DNA of 64,000 nucleotides from Octopus vulgaris (taxonomy: Eukaryota). The stretch covers positions 31,744,001-31,808,000 of the forward strand of contig OX597816.1 in the NCBI GenBank assembly GCA_951406725.2, read 5' to 3'. Under the pieces are notes generated by a model, which ran no database searches, was not told the DNA's origin, and saw nothing but the letters and a program-made list of their open reading frames with translations. Shown here piece by piece: positions 53,807-64,000 of the stretch; position 1 is the stretch's first letter, and every line of letters begins with the position of its first letter. The position numbers and the translations under genes are program-made.

Positions 53807-54545
53807 CACACACACATATATTTATATATATATATTTATTTATATATATCTTTATATATATATATATATATATATAAAGTCAGAGACAAATAGAATTAGG
53901 CAGATTAAAATTTAAGCAAACTTTTTCAATTTAGGACTTTGACTTACAATTTTACGTTGGATCTGACTTCATCATTTATTTATTTCAGCCAAAAACCTAT
54001 ATAAATGTTACGTAGGTATAAAGTGTGATCATTTTTACCCAATCCAAAATTTGGATTTGTAATATAGCATCTCTTGTGTGAAACAACGTACGACAACAAT
54101 TTAAACAAAAGGAAACAATTGCATGGCAAGACTGAGAGAGGGATAGAGAGATAGGGAGAGCGGAAAAGAAGGAGATAGGGAGAGCAGAAGAGAGAGAGAT
54201 AGCATGCATGAGAGACATACACAGAGAATAAGAGAGAGAGGGAGAGAGATGGAGAAAAGAGCTTTGTAAATACATAAAGAAAAAGGAAAACCTGTGAGAC
54301 AGATATAATTGATAGAGAGGGATATATTTACAGACATAGAAGTTCTGTTAATTCTCGTAAAAACAAATATTTTAGTATTACTGATTACCGATACCGTCCC
54401 CTTGTGATGCAGATTTCGAAAAGAAAATCCGTTTATTTTGAGTACGCAACACTTCGTAGCCTTTCTGTGATGTACACACATACACACACACACGCATCTA
54501 CACTCATGTTTATAGTAGATATATATGAATTTTACATTTTTTACC

Positions 54546-55010
54546 GGTTTCAGGTTAAAAGATGTGGTCATGCCGGGGCCCCAACATTAGCTTGCTACTC
54601 TTTCACTACTTAAAACGTCATACGATATTCTGCAGTTGGTGAATGAGGGAGTTTGGTGTTACTGTCCACATCTGCGTTTTGTGCCTTGAGGTCGGTGTAT
54701 CAGTTTTCTTTTGAAGACATGTACTACTAATCCATGCACAGCTCTCAGCATTCTGAGAAGATATCGAAGAATTGTGGGCCCTTGAAACCCAGGTTATTGC
54801 AATATCTTGTTCTTCCTCCTGATAACGATGTTGGAAACCTTGTCACCATTCAGTGACGCACCGTTGTTCCGTTTGTGTAGATTTCAATGTAAGTCTTTGT
54901 TACAAGCTCGTACAGGTATTTGTAGGTGTATATCACTTAATATCCTCCCCGCCTTTCTTCTATAGTGTAGAGAGTTACCATTATCAATCGCTCCCAGTAG
55001 CTGGCATGTC
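54546..55010 (-). pseudogene. Degenerate 3' fragment related to the 36-39 kb LINE
   Basis: Remnants SYWE, LYT.EERR and LGFKGPQFFDI...VFK match the LINE C-terminus; tail ggccccggcatgaccaca resembles the LINE 3' UTR. Confidence 0.7.
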
Positions 55011-55118
55011 GTATCGAGCGACACATTAACAGCGAAACTTAACTCGAAATATTCGAGCTAGGCTATACAAAGAAGATGGAGAGGTGCAAATCCACGCAAC
55101 CATCTTTTCAGTTATCCG

Positions 55119-55179
55119 GATAACTGAAGAGATGGTGGCGTGGATTTTTACCTCGACATCCGAAACCCGAAGTTTTATC
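55119..55179 (+). ncRNA. Degenerate hammerhead motif overlapping a palindrome (55081-55154)
   Basis: GATAA-CTGAAGA-GATG...CATC-C-GAAAC-ccgaa-GTT-TTATC. Confidence 0.5.
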
Positions 55180-55281
55180 TTGGCTACCGAATGATTGTCA
55201 CATATTCCTTTTACAGATAAATTACTCTATTTACATAATAACGAGATATCTTTCTTTATTTTGTTATCTTACCGTTTTCAT

Positions 55282-55318
<37 letters not shown>

Positions 55319-55587
55319 GTTCAGCAAAATTTAGATTCAGATGAATATGGTACTTAAGTTAAAGTCAGCAGAATTTAGTATGGTACTATCCATATAAATC
55401 AAATGGGGTGATTATATTCAAGGTAGTGTAGTGCAATTGCTTCATGCTATTTCATTTTATTAAACACTAAGTATTACATCAGTTTTTAAATGTCGAGCAA
55501 TTTTCAGCCACATGTAGAATTTTTCAATTAAATTAATAATGCATATTTTTATACATTTGCCATCATTACAAAGAGGGTAGATATATA

Positions 55588-55633
<46 letters not shown>

Positions 55634-55805
55634 CATATAAGTATGTATATAAATTTGAATATAATATATATATATATATATACATAAACAAACACACACA
55701 AAGACACACACATATATAAGTGTGAGTGTGCGTGTGTGTGTGTGGAATGTAATATAAATAGAGGGAAACAAATGTGGCGAGTAATGCATTATGACTATAT
55801 TCATT

Positions 55806-55873
<68 letters not shown>

Positions 55874-56694
55874 ATATTTGAGTACTCGTCTGAGTTTGAC
55901 TTTAGTTTCTTTTATATCCCCTTTAAACTTTCACCGATTGCCAAATATAGTTTCAAATTTCCTCATTGAAACAATTAGTAAATTAGGCTTAATATCTTAA
56001 ATTGACTTAGAAATGTCGGCTAATTAACTTCTTTTATTAGGCGTATCGATTCAACGTAATCATTGTTTTATAAATATAATCGAGGTAATGTTTTCTAGAA
56101 CCAATATCCTGCACTAGAGATAGTACGTTATGTAGTAGAGTTTGAAAAGCAAAATGAAAATAAACAGCATTTTCATCTCAGTTGAATGTTTTCATGAATA
56201 ACGGGTACGCTCATTACGATTCCAAACAGTAGTCATAACATGAAGTTAAAACATGCTTACAATCATTATGGCCAATTGTTTTGTGATAAGCACCAGTATC
56301 ATTATCATTAGAGCATTAATCATCTAAAATCGTTGGTAATATCAGAAATGTCAACAGCATCCACTGTAACAACAATGCAATTTTCACAAATATCTTCTCC
56401 AGTCTTTATATTGATTTCTTTATAACCTTGCGACATCTAATGTATCAGACATTGAGTCGCCCCTTGTAATGGTAGAAGTAGTAGCGTAGTCGTCCGGAAT
56501 TGCAATGTATTGCATTGTTAATAGGCGGACAATTAAGACAATACAGATCGGAGAAAAAAACCCCACAAAAATCGTGGATTAGTCTTGGCCCGACAGCTTT
56601 TGACCAGAGTCCAGTTCGATTCACATATGAAGCAAAATCTATGCGATAACAAACGACGTATCACGCACATTTTAATAACTGTCACAAGTACAGA

Positions 56695-56748
<54 letters not shown>

Positions 56749-56794
56749 GCTACTACTACTACTACTACTACCACTACTGCTACTGCTGATACTA

Positions 56795-58022
56795 ACTTGA
56801 CCAACTTACTAGTAATGGAAGAATTGGTGACGCGCATCCTCGATGATAGTGATGCTGTTGACATCGTTTTATTGGACTTTGCCAAAGCTTTTGACTCGGT
56901 AAACCACCGCATATTACTTGTCAAGCTTCAAGCATATAGTTTCCATCCGGATATTATACGATGGGTTGGTGCCTTCCTCTCAGATCGCTCCTTCCAAGTC
57001 CAAGTTAATGGTTCGCGGTCCGACGTCTCCAGTGCGAGCAGTGGCGTGCCTCAAGGTTAAGTGCTTGGGCCCTTGTTGTTCTTAGTCTTCATAAATGACT
57101 TGCCCGACGACCTCACGCAACACACCCTTCTATTTGCCGACGATATCAAACTGGTCGCTCCTCGCGGTAATATGGAGGATCTTCGTCGATGCCTCCACCA
57201 AATTTGGAAGTGGTCTAACGATTGGGACCTGTGTCTGAACGTGTCAAAGTGCTGTCATCTGCCTGACGGCTCTACTCCTGCAACTCAACTTGATTTCGAG
57301 CCGGGTCGTCTGCTGCTGGAGAGGACCGATCAGGTAAAGGACCTGGGTATCTTGGTGGATTCCTCCTTTTCGCCTTCGGCCCAGTGCGTCCATGCTGCCA
57401 ACAAAGCACGCGGAATTCTGTTCTTGATTCGATGGTCATTCGGAATGCTCACAGCAGCCATATTCCTACCACTCTATATCACGCTGGTGAGACCCATATT
57501 GGAGTATGGGATTCAAGCCTCTTCTCCTTATCTCCTCAAAGACATACAGCATCTCGAAAGAGTCCAAAGGCTGGCTACCCGCATGGTTCATGGTCTCAAA
57601 AATTTGTCCTACGAAGTAAGGCTGAGGACGCTCGACCTTTATTCTCTGGAAAAACGCCGCCGACGTGGTGATCTCATTCTCGCCCACAACATCATAAGCG
57701 GAAAGTGTAACCTCTCGAAAGAGCTGTTCTTCACTCCTGCTCCAGAGCGTCGGTTGCGGGGTCATTCCGAAAAGCTCTACCTGCGACGATTTCATCTCAA
57801 TCGAAGGAGAGGAGTTTTCTCCGTCCGGGTTGCGGATCCGTGGAACAAGCTGCCAGACGAGATGGTGAAGATGCCGACGACCGCTTTGTTCAAAGCCTCC
57901 CTGGACCTCAAGTGCCCTGAACTCTTTACATGAACACCACCCTGTACTTAACTCCATGTCCCCCTACATGGCCTTGCTATTTGCTTTTGAGCCAAATTAA
58001 CTAACTAACTAACTAACTAACT
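56795..58022 (+). mobile_element. 5'-truncated CR1-like LINE (RT C-half) with (TAAC)n tail inserted in (CTA)n
   Basis: LDFAKAFDSVNH, GVPQG*VLGPLLF (single stop at 57058-57060), FADD, KDLG and LEKRRRRGDLI; tail at 57998-58022; (CTA)n at 56695-56790 and 58020-58230. Confidence 0.92.
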
Positions 58023-58114
58023 ACTACTACTACTACTGCTACTACTGCTACTGCTGCTGCTGCAACTGCCATTGCTGCTGCTGGTACTACTACTACTACT
58101 ACTACTACAACTAG

Positions 58115-58210
<96 letters not shown>

Positions 58211-60299
58211 CACTGCTACTACTGCTGCTGCTTTAAGTATATTGTCTGTGCAGTTATATATATATATATATCTATGTATATTACTACTAGATATATACTA
58301 CGTATTTTCTAGAACGAATAAAGGAAAACATCTTGTTCATAATGAGTTGGTAAAACCGATTTCAGTTGGCCTAGACACGCCGTAAGTATGAGAACACTTA
58401 ACTAAACGAAAGTGCTAAACACACCTAAAAGAAATATGTAAACTCAATATACACAGAGGGACAGAAATATTGTTCCGTTAGACGCAAAATTAGAAATTTT
58501 ATTAATTTAGAGTAAACACAAAATTCTTAACAGTAGAAAGCAATAAGATTACTTTTTTGAAAATACGAAACTTATGAGAAAAATAAATGTGTTGATTAAA
58601 CTGAAGCAGCCATGTTTTTCTAGTAATTTAAAACAAATTACAGAACTGGTGAACAGTTAATAAATACAATTAAATTATGTCAAAGAGAATCATTATCCAG
58701 GTAAAAATTACTAAAAACTATTTTCATTATTTAAACACGGTATGATGGTAACAAGGTAATGATATTATATTTGTATTACGGTAGAGAATGGGATACCTAA
58801 AACGAGTATTATATAAACCCAGTGCAGCACAAAAATAATTTCTCTCTTTAAGAGAATCCTTTACCATCACATGTGGAATTCGCATTTTATGTCATAAGTT
58901 TCCATTTCAAATATAATTGCATAACGACGTGGTGCTGCTTTGGTGCGGGCAAATGATTAATTCGGTCATATACAATTCAAAGTATAAAAGGACACCCTAT
59001 ATGTCCAATGCGTGCTTCTGTACGCTGCAATATCAGGTAGAAAATACAAATAGTGAATTATAGATAAAAAATTGTCAGTTGTGGCTTGGTTCCTCTAAAT
59101 GCATTCTAACGAGCAAGACGGACACTTGAACGACGTCATTCAACTGGACAAGCACAAAATTCTGTACCCAAAGTACAATCAATTAAATTGTACTCTAATT
59201 AAATTTTTTATGGTATTTATGTTAGAAATGAATTACTTCTCAGTAAAGCATAACATGTATTTGTGCAGGTGTATATAGTTACAAACTGAAATGTAACTGA
59301 AACAGCGAATGTAATCCCCTTCTCTTCCCATGGCCCATGTTCCAAGTTATGACTTCTATGTAAGATGTTATATTCACAATCCGTTCTTCACAGGATATCA
59401 TTAATATATTTTAAAGTATTGTGAAAATTCCGAACTCTTAAAGAATCTAAGCAATACGTTTCATTTGCTTAATTAGTTTATATATTATAAACTAATATAG
59501 TGTTCGCATTGGTTTGCTATGTCTGTAGGAAACTGGGGTGAGAGCGCTGTCTTATGATTTTTCGGCTTTCAAGTTATTCGGAATAGTAATAAATTGTCCA
59601 TATTACTTCGTAAATGATAGACAGCTTCAAGGAAGCAATTTTCATAATGTGATTACTATAAAATATATATATTCAGTTTTCCTAACTATGCTCTCTGTTC
59701 AGTCTTCAGTCGAGTATGCGGTACTCTTCTTTTTTGCCAGGAACAAAACGTTTTATCTGGGTAAGAGATATACAAAGCATACACATAATTATTTGGCCAA
59801 TTTACTGGATCTTTGCCTTCCTGTTTATAATATTTAGAAATATGAATATTTTCTATCACTATGAGTGTATAATATTCTCATATTCACCACCACCGTAATA
59901 TATTCACCACCACCGTAAGGGCCATCCGTAGAAGTGAACACACTAACTTAAAATATCAATATAGATTTATTAAGAAACATGATGGAAATAACAACGGTGA
60001 ACAAATACAGTGAGTAGGGAAAATAACAATCTTGCACAAGAACTCCACCACCAATAACAGTGATAGATTTTACGACAGTAAACATAACAATGAAACCGGT
60101 ATTACAACACATTAACACATCTACTAAAGCAAAACCGTTGGCAGCACCGGCAACAGCTAAAGTACCTTGACCAGAACGACATCACACGTGTTTACAGGAA
60201 CAGTACCAACAATTTGCTTTGAAGTCTGCCGTTTAGAAGGCACCCCAAACTGACCATCAACGAATAAGACGCTACTGTCACCTTATTAAGTTGGTTAGC

Positions 60300-60501
60300 T
60301 GGCAGAAACGTTAGCACGCCGGTCGAAATGCCTAGAGGTATTTCGTCTGCCGTTACGTTCTGAGTTCAGATTCCGCCGAGGTCAACTTTGCGTTTCATTC
60401 TTTCGGGGTCGATTAAATAAGTACCAATTGAACACTAGGGTCGATATAATCGACTAGTCCTCTCCCTCCAAATTTGAATCCTTGTGCCTCCAAAAGAAAG
60501 G
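60300..60501 (+). mobile_element. tRNA-derived SINE family B (Nin-domain-like) with 15-bp target-site duplication
   Basis: A-box-like TGGCAGAAACG, B-box-like GAGTTCAGATTC, central tttcattctttcggggtcgattaaataagtacc; ATTAAGTTGGTTAGC at 60285-60299 and 60502-60516. Confidence 0.85.
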
Positions 60502-61212
60502 ATTAAGTTGGTTAGCCCGACAATTGTTGTTTCTCCTCCTCTCTTTTCCATCCTCCTCATACTACTACTATTACCACTACTAATACTACTACAAATTTGC
60601 AAAGCAAACATAACAGTGTCAGTCGACGCTCTGTCTCATGAAGGTCACTGCTAGTGTTCACTACGCACGCAACCGCGTGCTGGCTGACTATTGGCGCGCT
60701 ACACAACTAGTCCGGTAACTTTTTAACACCAGCCAGTATTCCCCATTGTTAGAAGAACAGGAAAGAAGAATTCGGCCGTCTTAACTGGATTTAGCTTAAC
60801 TGATCCTAAATTCTGAGTTATGTCATAATGGTGGATAGAGAAAGAGGACGGAATAGTTCTATACAAAGACACTAGTTATGATCAACATTTCAGTGAAATG
60901 CATAAAAGCGGAAGGTACTAAGCGGGAATATATGTACGCATTTCACTCGTTGTTAGTGATTCCTCAGGATTCATGAAATGAAGTAACAGTCACTCCACCC
61001 GAGAAAGAGTTCCCTGTAATATCACCAGTAAATATTAACAATAATTGATGGCATCAAGTCAGTACTGTTATTACGGAAACACGCCCTCCTTTAAAGTACG
61101 ATCTGAATGTACTGGGTTATTAGAAAATTGGGAACTTAACAGCTAGTAATGGCTGAAAAGAAGCGTAGACATTAGGAATTGCTTGAGGCACTCGGAACAA
61201 AGCTTATGGTAC

Positions 61213-61446
61213 TTCTTACTCTTTACTCTTTACTCTTTTACTTGTTTCAGTCATTTGACTGCGGCCATGCTGGAGCACCGCCTTTAGTCGAGCAAATCGA
61301 CCGCGAGACTTATTCTTTGTAAGCCCAGTACTTATTCTATCATTCTCCTTTTGCCGAACCGATAGGTGACGGGGACATAAACACACCAACATCGGTTGTC
61401 AAGCAATGCTAGGGGGACAAACACAGACACACAAATACGCACACAT

Positions 61447-61484
<38 letters not shown>

Positions 61485-61647
61485 GACAGACTTCTTTCTG
61501 TTTCCTTCTACCAAATCCACTCACAAGGCATTGGTCGGCCCGGGGCTATAGCAGAAGACACTTGCCCAAGATGCCACGCAGTGTGACTGAACCAGAAACC
61601 ATGTGGTTGGTTAGCAAGCTACTTACCACACAGCCACTCCCACGCCC
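61213..61647 (-). mobile_element. Full-length tRNA-derived SINE family A with internal (TA)/(TG) tract and LINE-like tail
   Basis: A box TGGCTGTGTGG, B box GGTTCAGTCAC (61583-61593), CORE-like TTGGGCAAGTG, tail hairpin followed by (AGTAAAG)n. Confidence 0.88.
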
Positions 61648-62078
61648 ATAGACAAGGTTTCTATTTCGGTCTCAATTATTCTGCACGTAGACATGTAGAT
61701 TTCAAAAACAGACAGGAAATGACGTCAGAATATATTGGGGAAAAGGAATGATTCCCAAAGTTATTAGGAGATGAAAATGTACTAAATACAACGGACACAT
61801 TAAATTTTCAATGAATGTTTGGACAAGATACTGCAACCCAATGTATCTATAAATGTATAACCGAATAAAAAAAGAAGAGCAGTATTTTTCAGTTGCAGTT
61901 AGATAATCCTTTATTGCTTTACACTACTTCGAATTTAGTTACAGTGATAAGATAAAAACCTTGTGTATGTATATTATGGTAGTAGAATAGTATTTAACTG
62001 CTATTTCTAAACATGGGTATGTGGTAAAGCAATTTTTGCTGAACCCTAATTTATAATTATGCTTATAATTATAGAATT

Positions 62079-62116
<38 letters not shown>

Positions 62117-63313
62117 TGCGTACATGTAGGTGAGTATACATACCCACACACACATCAAATTCAATACACCAAAGAAAGAGCTATTGAAATTTTCATGGCT
62201 TTCTGATATTTGAATAGCCATATTTATAAAATACGCCATGTATCTTACAAAAATCATTTGTGGTCAGCTTTGAAATGTGAAATATTAGGTGAACAAGTAA
62301 AACTGTCAATAACATTTAGCCCTTACAACAGGATAAAATTAGATAATAAATATATAAGCTCTGCGTCATTACTAGTTATTCACTTAATCCTGGATTCTAT
62401 CTGAACGACATATATAAGAACGCTTTATTTATCATGCTTTTCAAATTCACTTATTACTTTATATGTATATACATTTCTATATATGAATTTACATACATGT
62501 ATATGTGTGTCGTGTATATATAAATGTATTTGCATTTACCAATGTGTATGAGTGTGTCTGTGTTAGCACATATATATCTGAACTGTGAAGGTAGAATATT
62601 AATAAATGGTTTGAATTATAGCTATAACGGTAGAACGAAACCTTATTAGTGTTATGTAAGTGTTGTGCAATTGCTTTTTATTCACTTAACCCTGTTACTG
62701 CGTCGAAAACATGGCTTGTACAAACTCAATTTGCCACAATTCAAAGAAATTCCATATTTCTAACCATATATAATGTGAAGTTTCTGAAAATTAAAAGCCA
62801 TATGTCATTAGTCATAAGTATATATTATAAACACCGAAGCACATTTCGAAATCACAGCATTACATCCACCTTGTGATGCAAAAACCTGCTGCATCGTAAT
62901 ATACATTACATTGGTTTCAAAAGATGTCCTTGTTTTCTTTTTTTTTTTAAATTATAATTCATATATATTTGCATTAAAAGAGTACTTATTTTGAGATTCA
63001 TAACGTGTAAATATGATTACCTGGCACTTTATGTTTGAATGCCGTTGACTAATCATGCGCATATATCTGTAATAAAGCTATTAAGAATTAAAATAGGTCC
63101 CGGTATCCTTTTTAAAATACTTGCAATGCTGGCGCAAATTTGCAAATTCTATCTAACATTTTCTGTGACATTATATGCCTGTGTGCGATTATATGTATAC
63201 GGACACATACATACACACACACACACATTTATATATATATACACACACACATACATATATATATATATGTATGTATACAACCACACACATGCTATATATA
63301 TGGATATGGTAAG

Positions 63314-63331
63314 AGATAGACATATAGATAA

Positions 63332-63393
<62 letters not shown>

Positions 63394-63486
63394 TGATTGA
63401 TTGATATATAGATAGATAGATAGATAGATAGAAAGAAAGAAAGATAGGTAGGTATGTAGATAGATAGAAAGATGGATAGATAGATA
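63314..63486. repeat. (GATA)n microsatellite
   Basis: Directly visible. Confidence 0.95.
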
Positions 63487-64000
63487 TGTCCATGTGAAGA
63501 AGTTATGCACAGAGAAATAGCTACGTAGATAGATATTTGATTTTACCTTTACTTACATCCTTATTATAACCGTATTTTTCTTTCGTTCAGCTTCTATTAT
63601 CGTTAACAAATGTTGAGAACATCAGAATCACCTCAGATGGAATAATCAGGTTGTAACCCCGTTATGGAAAAACAACTGAGAAAAAACTACGCATCAAAAA
63701 TACAGAATAATGTTATAATTAAATAACTTTGAAGAAGTATAAAGCAATCACGTATAAATGTTTTCAACGTAACGTGGAGAAAAGAAAATCATGAATAGCT
63801 TGAAACTCTTAAGGATATTATCGTTGAAAATATAATTAAATTTCTGGAATTTATATTAGTATTCTGTGCGCTTGAAACTCAAAGTGTAGGCAGTGAAGTG
63901 GCTTATCTTATGACAGTTTGTCTTCCATCGTCAATAGAATATGTGAACTGCTTCTAGAAATAAGCGACTTAGAGTTAACATAATTAACTGTAGTTAACAA

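Noticed and set aside
59879-59918. 20-bp tandem duplication
   Set aside because: Only two units with no spacers; ordinary slippage, not a CRISPR-like array.
61575-61647. tRNA-like A and B boxes
   Set aside because: SINE head without a full cloverleaf; not a tRNA gene.

Overview
AT-rich, microsatellite-saturated eukaryotic DNA. The SINE types and the (TA)n/(CA)n/(AAT)n/(CTA)n load resemble a cephalopod (octopus) genome, which is an inference. No host protein-coding gene, rRNA, true tRNA or CRISPR array can be supported. All recognisable coding sequence is transposon-derived: a Neptune-like Penelope element (PLE) in partial-tandem form (9.7-16.0 kb), a Naiad-like PLE fragment, several R4/Dong-like RLE LINEs in (AAT)n tracts, HERO-like and Tx1/L1-like relics, a near-intact CR1/L2-group LINE (36.3-39.3 kb) with related fragments, a TIR-bounded mariner relic and many tRNA-derived SINEs. 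The first notable signal is a recurring class of short non-coding elements in (TA)n tracts. They combine an inverted end copy, sometimes a partial tandem duplication, and a type I hammerhead ribozyme; the clearest are at 29.9-30.7 kb and 35.6-36.2 kb, with related structures at 8.5-9.6, 28.5-29.5 and 55.1 kb. They look like PLE-mobilised, retrozyme-like elements, and two have unusually long stem II extensions. The second is a SINE-LINE pair sharing a 3' tail whose terminal hairpin shows compensatory base changes. All structures and alignments were read by eye, not computed.
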